Sequence record: MH517022.1
Length of the DNA stretch: 64,000 nucleotides
From: Acinetobacter phage SH-Ab 15599
Direction: 5' to 3' (one strand)
Positions 8,961 to 18,919 of the stretch are shown here, one piece after another. The position numbers and the translations under genes are program-made. Numbering within the stretch: the stretch's first letter is position 1; each line of letters starts with the position of its first letter. The notes beneath the pieces were generated by a model. The model was not told where the DNA came from, searched no databases, and worked only from the letters and a program-made list of their open reading frames with translations.

Positions 8961-9926
8961 ATGGAACAACGAAATATTGAACAAATTGATCATAAGAATG
9001 GAGTTAACAAAATTCTTGTCGGTTGGATCATCTTCTTCATTATTGAACGTCAGAAGATTTTGAAACGCAAACAAGCGGGACAGACTCCATATACTGAAGA
9101 TCCAATTTTCAATGAATATCGATTTTGTAATGTAGACCGCGAAGATGATCGAGTTACAACTTGGATCAGAGATAACATCCGCGTTCCATATGCTGATCAT
9201 AAAGACCTTTGGTTGATGTTAGCGCTTGCTCGTTGGATTAACTGGCCACCTACTCTTGCCGAATTAGTTGAAAGCAAATACTGGTTTGGCAAACCCGACT
9301 TCTCATTACAGGGTTTAGCCGACGTAATGCTAGAGCGTCAAAAACGGGGTGAAAAGATTTACACTGGGTCTTATATGATCCGAGCTGAATCAGACAAAAA
9401 TTCGCCATTTATAGACAAAACTAAACATGAGTTCGTTTGTCTGAAGGTAATCGGACAATTGGTAGAAGACCGAGAACGTATTGAGGCAGTTCTCAATAAA
9501 CCAGATTGCACACTTCAAGAGTTCAACCACTTGATAACAAGTTACGTCAATTGGGGCGGCTTCATGTCATATGAGCTCGTAACTGATCTGAATCATACTC
9601 GTTATCTTGAGAATGCTTCTGATCGTTACACTTGGTTGAATCCGGGCCCTGGGTTTGTACGCGGAGCCAACCGTCTTATGGGTTTACCTCTGAATGGTAA
9701 TCTCAGTGAAAAGGCTTCTAATGAATACGCTCTTCAAGTAATTGAGCATGCTCATAAGCTATACGATGAGGGTGTTATCCCAAATGACCTCATTGATAAA
9801 TCTCAAATTGATATGCGTTGTATTGAGTCTGCTCATTGTGAAATGGACAAATACCTACGCGTGTTAACTGGAGAAGGTAAACCGAGAGCGAAATTTCACT
9901 CTCATGAACAGTATTACAACATTTAA
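8961..9926 (+). CDS. Hypothetical protein, 321 aa (candidate DNA or nucleotide modification enzyme, inferred from context only)
   Basis: Large ORF immediately upstream of the TS-family gene. No motif recognised. Confidence 0.5.
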   Translation: MEQRNIEQIDHKNGVNKILVGWIIFFIIERQKILKRKQAGQTPYTEDPIFNEYRFCNVDREDDRVTTWIRDNIRVPYADHKDLWLMLALARWINWPPTLAELVESKYWFGKPDFSLQGLADVMLERQKRGEKIYTGSYMIRAESDKNSPFIDKTKHEFVCLKVIGQLVEDRERIEAVLNKPDCTLQEFNHLITSYVNWGGFMSYELVTDLNHTRYLENASDRYTWLNPGPGFVRGANRLMGLPLNGNLSEKASNEYALQVIEHAHKLYDEGVIPNDLIDKSQIDMRCIESAHCEMDKYLRVLTGEGKPRAKFHSHEQYYNI

Positions 9927-9957
9927 TTAAAATTAATTTTTGATTAATCATAACGTT

Positions 9958-10005
9958 GTAAAGATGATAGTATAATGTTCTATCGCTCTTTACAGCGTTT
10001 TATTT
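9958..10005 (+). terminator. Rho-independent terminator (12-bp imperfect stem with tataat in the loop, plus T run)
   Basis: gtaaagatgatag / ctatcgctctttac hairpin followed by agcgttttatttt. Confidence 0.55.
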
Positions 10006-10019
10006 TGGAGAAAACTTAA

Positions 10020-11147
10020 ATGCCAGCCGCCTATCCTTTGTTTATTCGAGGTGCAACTATCAATGAAACGGTCTATAATGCTATCAAAGCAATCATGGAA
10101 AACGGGTCAGAAATTGAAACCCGTAATGGTTCAGCTAAGTTCTTAAATGATTTAACTCTTCAAATCGATGATCCACGCCAGCGTCATCTCAGCCTTAAAG
10201 GGCGTACATCTAACATCTTTCAAATGATGGCTGAAACCTTCTGGGTGATGGCTGGTCATAGTCAAGTGTATAATTATCTCAATTTCTTTTTACCACGCGC
10301 TGTTAATTATAGCGATGATGGTAAAACTTGGCACGGCGCATATGGTCCGCGTCTGTATTGTTATAATCAGATGGAAGACTTGAGAGCAACATTTGTTCGA
10401 GAAGGTAAATCAACGCGCCGCGCTATTCTGATGATTGCGGATCCATCTATTGATAATTTGGATTATATCAGAAGCACTTATCAGTCTGAAACTCCTAAAG
10501 ACATACCATGTAACCGAGAAATTCATTTCTACATTACAGACAATGAATTCCACTGTAAAGTGATTCAACGTTCTGGTGATATGATCTTTGGTACGGGTTC
10601 TATCAATCCATTTGAATTTACATTCCTTCAAGAGTGTATCTATACCCGTCTGATTGAATTGCCTGGGTTTGAAGATGTAAAATTGGGTCATTACCGTTGG
10701 CACGTAACAAACGCTCATATCTATTCAGATCATTTCCAACAAGCTGAAAATATCATTACATCTCATCAGGTTCTAGAGGCGAGAGATTCTGAAGTAATGA
10801 GTATGAAGTGCTTATATAATAGAGAGGAGATGCACGAAATCATAACGGAAGTTGAGAATCTTATCTCAATACCTAATCCAGATTTCCTCATTGAAAAAGT
10901 AAAGAACTTATATCCAATGAGCGATTTTGTTGAACCAATTGAACTTTATCGTTTATTAGTTAGAACATATGCTATCGCAAAACGTTTGAAGACTCTAAAA
11001 TCAGACAAGAAATTAGTTCTTCAATTACCAACAATCAATAATGATTTGTATTATGCCATAACTGAAAGTACATTCCTCAATTTTGAAATTGTACATGGCT
11101 CATATACAAAATATATTTTTAAACCAAGTGACTCTATCGGAGCGTAA
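10020..11147 (+). CDS. Thymidylate-synthase-family pyrimidine hydroxymethylase (gp42-like dCMP or dUMP hydroxymethylase) with a roughly 100-aa C-terminal extension
   Basis: TS-fold motifs: RRAILMIAD, catalytic PC in DIPCNREIHFY, VIQRSGD, and HIYSDH aligned to TS GDTHLYSNH. Cys is followed by Asn rather than His, as in T4 gp42. Confidence 0.75.
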   Translation: MPAAYPLFIRGATINETVYNAIKAIMENGSEIETRNGSAKFLNDLTLQIDDPRQRHLSLKGRTSNIFQMMAETFWVMAGHSQVYNYLNFFLPRAVNYSDDGKTWHGAYGPRLYCYNQMEDLRATFVREGKSTRRAILMIADPSIDNLDYIRSTYQSETPKDIPCNREIHFYITDNEFHCKVIQRSGDMIFGTGSINPFEFTFLQECIYTRLIELPGFEDVKLGHYRWHVTNAHIYSDHFQQAENIITSHQVLEARDSEVMSMKCLYNREEMHEIITEVENLISIPNPDFLIEKVKNLYPMSDFVEPIELYRLLVRTYAIAKRLKTLKSDKKLVLQLPTINNDLYYAITESTFLNFEIVHGSYTKYIFKPSDSIGA

Positions 11148-11150
11148 CCA

Positions 11151-12326
11151 GTGTCCAAGCTTATTGTTTTATGCGGAGAACGCAATACAGGAAAGGATTT
11201 CCTAACTCAAGCTGTAACAAATCATATGAAACAATATGGTATACGCGTACACCGTCTTTCTTTCAGCGATGAAGTAAGACGTATTGCATATAACATTTTT
11301 CCGTTTTTGAAAGACGTTCCAGAAGAAAAGAAAAATGACCCAATCTATGGGGAGCCTAACAATCCATATAACTACTCTTGGCGAGATATCATCAAAGCAG
11401 TAGGTCGTATGCTACGTGATGTTGACCCTGCAATCTTTGCTAAGAAGTGGTGGACAAATCAGGGTCAACGTGTAGTGGATGGTACAGACAAAGACATTTT
11501 CTTTGTAACAGATATGCGCACTCAAAATGAATACGATTTGATTGAAGCAGAAGGTACGCTGGACGACGTAACTTTTGTGAAATTGGTATCTGATACTGGT
11601 CTACCTCCAGATGACTTTGAAGCTTGGACTCGAGATTTTCAAGGAGATTTCTTGTTCAAGAATGAAAGAGATGAAGCGTCTGCTAAGTCATTCTGTGAAA
11701 TTGTAGAGGGGTTTATTCAGCGCCCTAACCGTGCAAATTCTACAATGATTGCTGAATTGTTAACAATTCAAGATGAACTCAATAATGTTTATTCAGGCGA
11801 TACAGATTGGTTGAGTCAAGCTAGTCTTTCAAAATATGCAACTGCTGCTGACCGCGAGTTCTCTGAGTTCTTAGATGAGATCAGTACTCATTGGGCATGG
11901 TGGAAACCAGATACAATCTTTGATGTTAACAAAGCAATGGTTGAATTCTGTGACTTCATTTGTTTCCGTCTTTCAACATTCCTTATCAAGTTCTCAACGT
12001 CAGAACACGATCTTGATTATTCAGCTTTGTTTGATTATGTTAAAACGCGTGACTTCTCTCAAGAAGCCCGTATCAAAGTTGACTATGACGGTTGGTATAA
12101 GATCATCAAAACTGAAGGCTTTGATCTGAATAATGATAATTTGGATGAAGCAATCTTAGGTCTTATGACTGAGATCAACGTAACGTTAGATATGTTTGAT
12201 TTAGACCTAGCCCATTTCCATTCCACTATGATTAAGGTGTTCGAACGCAACCGAGAACGCGGCAAAAAGCTTTCAGCAGGTCTTCCTGTGGATAAGCAAA
12301 ACGAACAAGCAATTTTAACTGTTTAA
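11151..12326 (+). CDS. Fusion of dNMP kinase (gp1-like) with a MazG or gp56-like dCTPase-family NTP pyrophosphatase
   Basis: The N-terminus LIVLCGERNTGKDFLT matches T4 gp1 LIFLSGVKRSGKDTT. The C-terminal half (WAWWKPDT, MVEFCDFICFRL) aligns to T4 gp56 dCTPase (WKPWKK, EIKFELIDQFHF). Confidence 0.7.
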   Translation: MSKLIVLCGERNTGKDFLTQAVTNHMKQYGIRVHRLSFSDEVRRIAYNIFPFLKDVPEEKKNDPIYGEPNNPYNYSWRDIIKAVGRMLRDVDPAIFAKKWWTNQGQRVVDGTDKDIFFVTDMRTQNEYDLIEAEGTLDDVTFVKLVSDTGLPPDDFEAWTRDFQGDFLFKNERDEASAKSFCEIVEGFIQRPNRANSTMIAELLTIQDELNNVYSGDTDWLSQASLSKYATAADREFSEFLDEISTHWAWWKPDTIFDVNKAMVEFCDFICFRLSTFLIKFSTSEHDLDYSALFDYVKTRDFSQEARIKVDYDGWYKIIKTEGFDLNNDNLDEAILGLMTEINVTLDMFDLDLAHFHSTMIKVFERNRERGKKLSAGLPVDKQNEQAILTV

Positions 12327-12338
12327 GGAATCATATAA

Positions 12339-13424
12339 ATGTCTTCTCTGGCGCAACGTCTCATTAAAGCAGCTCCAAAGTCTATGGCCACTATGATCAG
12401 CAAGACTGATATTGGGGTAAAATCTAAAATTGCTTCTTTTGTAATCCCATTGATGAACCTGATGTATAGTGGTTCATTCCAGGGTGGTTTATGTGCTGGT
12501 ATCGTTCAGCTCGTGGGCGACTCTCGTACATTTAAAACCAATAAGGCTGTAACAGCGGCCAAGGCTTATCTGGATACAAACGCCAATCCAGATAATCCTC
12601 CCATCTTAGTCATTTTTGACTCTGAGTTCTCAATACGTCCAGTTATTGAAGCTTTCGGTATCTCAGAAGATCAAGTGGTGTATGTTCCATTTGAGAACCT
12701 TGAAGAACTGAAAACAAACTTGGTTCAAATGATTTCTGAAGTGAAACGTGGTGAAAAGGTTTTCTTCTTAATTGACTCTATCAGTCAGGTTGCTTCTCTC
12801 AAAGAAGTTGCTGATGCATTGAAGGGCGAATCTAAAGCAGATATGACCCGTGCTAAAGAAATGAACTCAATGTTCCGTATGATCACACCTATGTTGGCTG
12901 TACGCGATCTGCCTTTGTTTGCAATTAACAGCTTCTATGATGAAATTGGTAATGATTATGCTGAACCAGTCATCAAAGGTGGTAAACAGAACTTCCTTTC
13001 ATCAGACATCATCTGGTTTGTGAGTCGTTCTCAAGATAAAGATGATACATCTAAAGAATTGAAAGGTTGGTTCTTCAACTATCGCGCATTGAAACATCGT
13101 TTTGTTAAAGAGAAGTCTTTATTCAAATTGCATGTAACATATGACGGCGGTATTGATTGGTCATCTGGTCTGATCGAACTCGGCATCGAGAGTGGCATCA
13201 TCAAATCTTCAGGTGGTTGGTTCAAATTAGATCACCCTAATACTCCTGAAGAGTTGAAGAAAAGTTTTCAGCGTCGTCAAGTTGTTGCTAAGGGCGATAC
13301 TGGATTCCTTGAGTTCTTGCTTTCACTTCCAGAGTTTGAAGCATTCTGTCAAAACAAATACCGTTTAGCCGATGAAGATCGAGAGATTATTTCTCAAGAG
13401 CTTACTGAAGAATCAAAACAGTAA
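12339..13424 (+). CDS. uvsX: UvsX recombinase (RecA-like)
   Basis: N-terminal LIKA...MMN..SG..GG and the GDSRTFKTN motif match T4 UvsX. 361 aa. Confidence 0.9.
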   Translation: MSSLAQRLIKAAPKSMATMISKTDIGVKSKIASFVIPLMNLMYSGSFQGGLCAGIVQLVGDSRTFKTNKAVTAAKAYLDTNANPDNPPILVIFDSEFSIRPVIEAFGISEDQVVYVPFENLEELKTNLVQMISEVKRGEKVFFLIDSISQVASLKEVADALKGESKADMTRAKEMNSMFRMITPMLAVRDLPLFAINSFYDEIGNDYAEPVIKGGKQNFLSSDIIWFVSRSQDKDDTSKELKGWFFNYRALKHRFVKEKSLFKLHVTYDGGIDWSSGLIELGIESGIIKSSGGWFKLDHPNTPEELKKSFQRRQVVAKGDTGFLEFLLSLPEFEAFCQNKYRLADEDREIISQELTEESKQ

Positions 13425-13441
13425 AATCGGTTAACATTTAT

Positions 13442-13470
13442 AGAGGCTAGTTCATTCTAGCCTCTTTTTA
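13442..13470 (+). terminator. Rho-independent terminator (agaggctag / ctagcctct plus ttttta)
   Basis: 9-bp perfect stem followed by a T run. Confidence 0.7.
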
Positions 13471-13476
13471 GGGTAT

Positions 13477-14901
13477 TTGGAAATGCAATTTGAAAATCTC
13501 TTATTGAGTACAATGTTGTATAGACAAGACTTCACGTTTCGTCTAATACATTTCATTAAACCAGAATATTTTTCAGACATTGGACAACGCAATACTTTCA
13601 AAATCATAAATGCATTCTATTTGAAATATAAAGCAGCTCCTACAAAGGACGCTCTGCTGATTAATTTGAATAACACTACATTACCTGAAGCAATCTATGA
13701 GCCTACAGCTTTGGCAATTGCTGCGCTGTATAACCCTCATGATGAACTTTCTAATGAAGATTGGATGTTCGATGAGTCTGAAAAGTGGGCTAAGGAGCGC
13801 GCTTTATTCTTAGCAATGTCTCAAGCCTTGGCGGTGATGAATGGAGAAGATAAGACCATTCAAAAGGACGGTTTACCAGAACTTTTACAACAAGCATTAG
13901 CTGTGAGATTCGATCAATCATTGGGTCATGATTATATTGAAGACGCTAAAGCTCAGTGGGACTATTACCAAAACCCAGCGTTCAAGATAGCTTATTCTCA
14001 AGATATTATGAACAAAGTTACTCAAGGCGGTAATACCAGAAAGACCTTATCAATTGTACAAGCTGGTATCAACGTTGGTAAAACAACTTGGATGCTGAAC
14101 ATAGCTTCAGACTATGCAAAACAAGGGTTGAATGGTATCTATTTCACTCTTGAGATTGCTGAAGAGGTATTGCGTGAGCGCGTCGATGTTAAGATGTTCG
14201 GAGAATCTTCTGAACAGATTAGAGCATTAGATTCATTTGCGTATCTCAACAGAACTCAAAAGATCAGCAAAGAAGGCTTTGGTAAACTTGTAATTAAACA
14301 ATTTCCAGCTTCTACTGTACACGTGGGTCATCTGCGTCACTTCTGTAGAGAGTTTGAAATCAAACACGGTAAAAAACCAGACTTCATCGTGGTTGATTAC
14401 CTAACGTTATTGAACTCAGCAGTGTTACATCCTAGTTCTAAGAGTGATTCAAACACATACTACACTCAAGTGGCTGAAGAATTACGCGCTTTGATGGTTG
14501 AGATGGACGCTATTGGTTGGTCCGCGCAACAATTCAACCGTACTGGTCAGGATGAGAAAGATCCAAAACTATCAAATTCTGGATTGTCTATTGGTGTACA
14601 GGCTACTTCGGACTTTACAGTAGCATTTGTGTCTCCAAATGAATTGAAGGCTCAAAACAAGGCTATTGGTATTGTATTGAAGAACCGTTTTGCTAACAAG
14701 CAACATATACCTAAATTTGCTATCGGTCTTAATGACGATCTTCAAATATTCTTTGATCTGCCAGAAGGTGGTGAATATAAGGATATTAGTGATCGCATGG
14801 ATGAAGAGATTAAAGAAGCATTGTCTCAAGTAGTTGCTATAGAAAAGAAACCAACAGCTACACATGATTTGAGTAGTTTGAATTTTGGTCAACCTGTTTA
14901 A
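13477..14901 (+). CDS. 41: Replicative DNA helicase (gp41, DnaB family)
   Basis: 474 aa. Walker A motif GINVGKTT followed by YFTLEIAEE. Size matches T4 gp41. Sits directly after uvsX as in T4. Confidence 0.9.
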   Translation: MEMQFENLLLSTMLYRQDFTFRLIHFIKPEYFSDIGQRNTFKIINAFYLKYKAAPTKDALLINLNNTTLPEAIYEPTALAIAALYNPHDELSNEDWMFDESEKWAKERALFLAMSQALAVMNGEDKTIQKDGLPELLQQALAVRFDQSLGHDYIEDAKAQWDYYQNPAFKIAYSQDIMNKVTQGGNTRKTLSIVQAGINVGKTTWMLNIASDYAKQGLNGIYFTLEIAEEVLRERVDVKMFGESSEQIRALDSFAYLNRTQKISKEGFGKLVIKQFPASTVHVGHLRHFCREFEIKHGKKPDFIVVDYLTLLNSAVLHPSSKSDSNTYYTQVAEELRALMVEMDAIGWSAQQFNRTGQDEKDPKLSNSGLSIGVQATSDFTVAFVSPNELKAQNKAIGIVLKNRFANKQHIPKFAIGLNDDLQIFFDLPEGGEYKDISDRMDEEIKEALSQVVAIEKKPTATHDLSSLNFGQPV

Positions 14902-14925
14902 TCTTCTATAATATAGCGTAACGCC

Positions 14926-14958
14926 ATAAATATATGATAACATGTTATGGCGTTACGC
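14926..14958 (+). promoter_or_regulatory. 14-bp perfect hairpin immediately upstream of the RBS of the 1282-aa gene
   Basis: gcgtaacgccataa, then a 15-nt loop, then ttatggcgttacgc. No T run follows, so this is more likely an operator or processing site than a terminator. Confidence 0.5.
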
Positions 14959-14973
14959 ATAGAGGATTAACCC

Positions 14974-17900
14974 ATGTCTCAAATTTTTCTAGAAGCATTT
15001 AATAGTCAACCATATGATACCGAGAAGGTTGAAAAGAATGGGTTGATGGATATTGTTTATACATTTCAGGATGAATCAAATAATGAATTTCGTTATCATT
15101 TTGAAAAACGCGTAAACTATGGTCGTAATGTATTTGTTTGTACCCTTGGTCAAAAGACTCCAAATCTAAAAACATACAAGCGCATCTTCTCCAATTTTAA
15201 AAATCCAATGCGTGTAATTGCAACGCTGATTAACATTGTTAAAGACGTACATGCCACTCGTAAAGATGTGAAGGGTATTATCTTTGAGATGCCAACTCAA
15301 GCCTTTGGTGCACACGGTAAATTGGTTGATAAAATCCTAGCTCGTGAATTGCGTTCTGTTATTACTGTTGAAGATATGAATTTCTCTATTGAAGAATTTG
15401 AGAAAATGCAACTTCAAGGTACAGTGACAACAGTGAAGCCTAACCGTATGCAAGATGTGTATACTGGTAAGATCATGAATGATATCTTTGCTCAACGCTC
15501 TGCTGGAACGGCAACAACTCCGGCAAAACAGCCTGTTGAAATGAAGAACATTAACCTCAGTACATTCAAAGCAGCTGCACCTCATGTGCCTCAAGCCGCT
15601 GAACAAAATGCCTCTACTGCCCCGAAGGTTGAAGCTGGTAATCTTAGTGGCCAAACCTTTAAAATCTCTGCTTATGACCGCGTAGAAGGCGCTCGTATGG
15701 AGATTGACTTTGCTAAAGATGATTCCGTCACTATTGGTGGGATCAAACGTCCAATGTCAAATTATCTTACATCTGTTGTAGACAAAGTGTTTGGTTCTCA
15801 ACCAGTTGATACAATCAAGAAGGTTGTAAACAAGTTGGTTGTTGATCTTCATCTCGGTACAGTAGAAATTGCTGACCAATTAGTGAATTTGAAGAAGGTA
15901 TTGGAAAAGGAAGGAGCAAAAGTCTCTCTTGAAACTCCATTCCCAGCTGCTGAAACGTCTCCTGAACCGTTTCCAGGCAGCCAAACTACTGACGGCGTGA
16001 AATTCAACTTCTCTTATGAAACTCATGTTCTCACTATGCCATCTGTTAAGGGCTACGATATTGGTTTAGTTTTGAATCAATTGTTAGGTGCATTCTCAGA
16101 ATCTTTTGAGAAGATGTCAAACAATGCGTATAAGATGGTAAAAGAGGAATTTCCAATTGAAAATTTCCTTGGTTTGTTAGCGAAGGTATCATTCAATAAA
16201 TTGATCGCCACGCGCATTTCCCCTAATTGGAGAAAAATTGTAGATGAAGCAGAGAATGTATACAGTCTATCAACTACATTCTATACATTGGTTGATCCAG
16301 ATTCTGAAAAATTTTTGGATGACTACGGTATCCTTGTTACATTCAAGAAAGATGATGCTGGCGTCTATCGTTTCATGAATTTGCAGTCTAAATCTAAATT
16401 GACAGAAGCAGCTATCAAGAAAGTACAATCTGCAGGAGCTTCAGTTGTTGATCAAGGTATTTCAGTAGCAATTACTGAAGATTGTAATCTTGAAAATAGT
16501 AAGGTTATTGTAGAGTTCATCAAAGCAAGTGACGACGCTTATACATTCGCGAGCCAAAGAGCGATCGATTACAAATTCAACGGTTACAAAGCAACCTACA
16601 AACCGAAGTATGCTGAAGTGAGCGTTCGCTTCAATAATACGCATATCTGCGGTCTTGAAGGGACTCCATTAGGTTCTTGGAACTCTGTTGTTACTAGCGA
16701 TAATACCATTGAATTTCTTATGATCAACAGCATTGAGAAGTTCTATCAATTGATGGATGCTCTCAAAGATTTCAACTTCCCTGAATTGTTGCCAACAGCT
16801 ATTAGAAATGGAAGCCAATACATTGCCGATGTATATGCTACTACTGGTTTGGAACAAGGCGAGAAAATATTCCCGCTTAAATCTGGCGGAGAGCTGAAAG
16901 TGGAGATTTACGGTGGTCTTATCTTCGCTACCATCAGTGGAGCTTCTTTCCCAGTAAATCTCAGACATCCAGAAGTGTTCTTCAACAAAGAGCGCACAAG
17001 CTTCCGTCTTTCTACTCAAGAATACAATACTGATGGCATTAAAGATTTCTTTGCTTCATTTGATGCTTTTATTAATACTCAATTGAACTCGGTTATTGGA
17101 AAAACTAATGAGCCTGTTATCTATGAAGCAACTGGTAAGTTTGAGACCACTGGCGTTGAAATTGTATTGACTCCTAGAGATAAAGTGTCAGCTTCAGTCG
17201 CTAAACAGGTGAAAGAAGTTATCAAAACTGTAGATGATACAGTTGCAGAAGCAGTTCAACCAGTGACTATTGATTTTGATAATCAAGGGCTGATTACCAT
17301 CAAAACAAACAGTATCTTAGCAGCGTATGTTGCTTGTGAACAGTTGATCGAGCAAACGAACAAGATCAGTAACTTTGCTATTATCAAAGTAAAAGAGTTG
17401 TTTGATGCTACTGGTTTCAACAAGAAAAGCCTATCTGTTGAATATAATTTTGAAGTTACTGGCAAAAATTCTGCCAATGTCAAGGTTCCAGCTGGCGCTC
17501 AAAAATCAGTTACAATGATTGCTCATTGTTTAGGGTTCTCTTTGAGTAGTGTTGATAACGGGGTACTTTCATTCCAAGGTGGAAATCCATCAGCTTTACA
17601 TTTTAACATTCATGTTCTTGGTAAACAATTGAAGACTCCGGAACTTTCTACTGATAAACCAGATGTAGTTATTCAGGCAACTAAAACTCTGGCTAAAAAG
17701 GCTCCTAAACTGGATAAAGTACGTCTTAATCCAGAAGCGTACTCATTTACAGCTGACGGGCGAGAGATTGCTCGCGCAGTAAAACGTAAAGTCAAGGGTG
17801 TGGATTCATCTGGTTGGGATGTGAGTGAATTTCAATCTGGAATTTCTCTTACTCAGTACAATTCTGTTGTAACGCTATTCAATGAATTTAAAGCGAAGTA

Positions 17901-18822
17901 CATTGCTTGGTTTATGGAAAATGCGGCTAGTGTTCAGATTCCAGAACTTGACCTTGGTCAATTCTCCACAGTGAAACCTGACGTCAAAGCGGCGTTCAAT
18001 ACTCTTTCTGTGGGTCTTCCGTCTCAAGACCGTGACAACAGTAAAACATTTGAATCAAATGGCGTAATTGTTAAGATTTTTGACAAAGGTGTTTCATTTG
18101 AGTCTGTTACTCCTAAGGGAAGCGTATCAAATATTGAGACTCGTCTGAAAGCTCACGGTTTGAAGACTTCTAAACGTATGGTTGGGGATATTGTTCTCAA
18201 GTTCTCCCGTGGAAGAAACGACTATGAAATGCGTATCAATGAAAATCGCATTATGTTCAAAGGTGTGCCGCAAGGTGTTCCTCATTCAGCTTCAAACTTT
18301 GTCAACGTTCCATCTTCTGTAGCTAATGGAACAGAAGCGCAAAACAACTTGATTAGAGACGGCTTGAGAAAGCTCTACACTGAAGAGGCTCCAGCGGCTC
18401 GTTTCTCTCGCTTCTTAGCTTCTATGTCTAGTCTTAATGAAACAACTAATACAGACGATAGACGTAAATCTCAAGTGACAGTTGACATTGATATGACTAA
18501 GCAAGCGAATGTAGACCTCATCAAGTCAATCCTGTCTCCATCCGGTAAGATGAATGAGTCTATCAAAGAAGATTTGACTGGCGTAGCTCCTAAGCGTAAC
18601 AAAGTTGATAAGAAATTGTTTGAAACTACATTACGCGGTCTAGGGTTCTACCAACCTACATTCTCTTATGGCGGCGCAGGGTTCCAGTTGACTTTGAATG
18701 AAGGTGTAGTTGATATCCTACCAACTTATGGTAATATCGTAAATCTTCAGAAGTTATTGAAGGCTCGTTTGGGCGCTGAGATTGTTACTGATGATCGCGG
18801 CGGCTTAACATTCTGCTTTTAA
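14974..18822 (+). CDS. Large hypothetical protein, 1282 aa, orphan
   Basis: Uninterrupted 3.8-kb ORF with RBS agagga. No recognisable catalytic motif. Occupies the position of primase gene 61 in T4. Confidence 0.6.
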   Translation: MSQIFLEAFNSQPYDTEKVEKNGLMDIVYTFQDESNNEFRYHFEKRVNYGRNVFVCTLGQKTPNLKTYKRIFSNFKNPMRVIATLINIVKDVHATRKDVKGIIFEMPTQAFGAHGKLVDKILARELRSVITVEDMNFSIEEFEKMQLQGTVTTVKPNRMQDVYTGKIMNDIFAQRSAGTATTPAKQPVEMKNINLSTFKAAAPHVPQAAEQNASTAPKVEAGNLSGQTFKISAYDRVEGARMEIDFAKDDSVTIGGIKRPMSNYLTSVVDKVFGSQPVDTIKKVVNKLVVDLHLGTVEIADQLVNLKKVLEKEGAKVSLETPFPAAETSPEPFPGSQTTDGVKFNFSYETHVLTMPSVKGYDIGLVLNQLLGAFSESFEKMSNNAYKMVKEEFPIENFLGLLAKVSFNKLIATRISPNWRKIVDEAENVYSLSTTFYTLVDPDSEKFLDDYGILVTFKKDDAGVYRFMNLQSKSKLTEAAIKKVQSAGASVVDQGISVAITEDCNLENSKVIVEFIKASDDAYTFASQRAIDYKFNGYKATYKPKYAEVSVRFNNTHICGLEGTPLGSWNSVVTSDNTIEFLMINSIEKFYQLMDALKDFNFPELLPTAIRNGSQYIADVYATTGLEQGEKIFPLKSGGELKVEIYGGLIFATISGASFPVNLRHPEVFFNKERTSFRLSTQEYNTDGIKDFFASFDAFINTQLNSVIGKTNEPVIYEATGKFETTGVEIVLTPRDKVSASVAKQVKEVIKTVDDTVAEAVQPVTIDFDNQGLITIKTNSILAAYVACEQLIEQTNKISNFAIIKVKELFDATGFNKKSLSVEYNFEVTGKNSANVKVPAGAQKSVTMIAHCLGFSLSSVDNGVLSFQGGNPSALHFNIHVLGKQLKTPELSTDKPDVVIQATKTLAKKAPKLDKVRLNPEAYSFTADGREIARAVKRKVKGVDSSGWDVSEFQSGISLTQYNSVVTLFNEFKAKYIAWFMENAASVQIPELDLGQFSTVKPDVKAAFNTLSVGLPSQDRDNSKTFESNGVIVKIFDKGVSFESVTPKGSVSNIETRLKAHGLKTSKRMVGDIVLKFSRGRNDYEMRINENRIMFKGVPQGVPHSASNFVNVPSSVANGTEAQNNLIRDGLRKLYTEEAPAARFSRFLASMSSLNETTNTDDRRKSQVTVDIDMTKQANVDLIKSILSPSGKMNESIKEDLTGVAPKRNKVDKKLFETTLRGLGFYQPTFSYGGAGFQLTLNEGVVDILPTYGNIVNLQKLLKARLGAEIVTDDRGGLTFCF

Positions 18823-18839
18823 TCCAAACTGAATAAATT

Positions 18840-18868
18840 GAGGGAGCTATATGCTCCCTTGATTTTTT
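18840..18868 (+). terminator. Rho-independent terminator (gggagc-tatat-gctccc plus ttgatttttt)
   Basis: Hairpin followed by a T run after the 1282-aa gene. Confidence 0.7.
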
Positions 18869-18919
18869 ATTATTACACTATTTTATATTATAATTTATTT
18901 GCCCATTTGGAGATACAGA

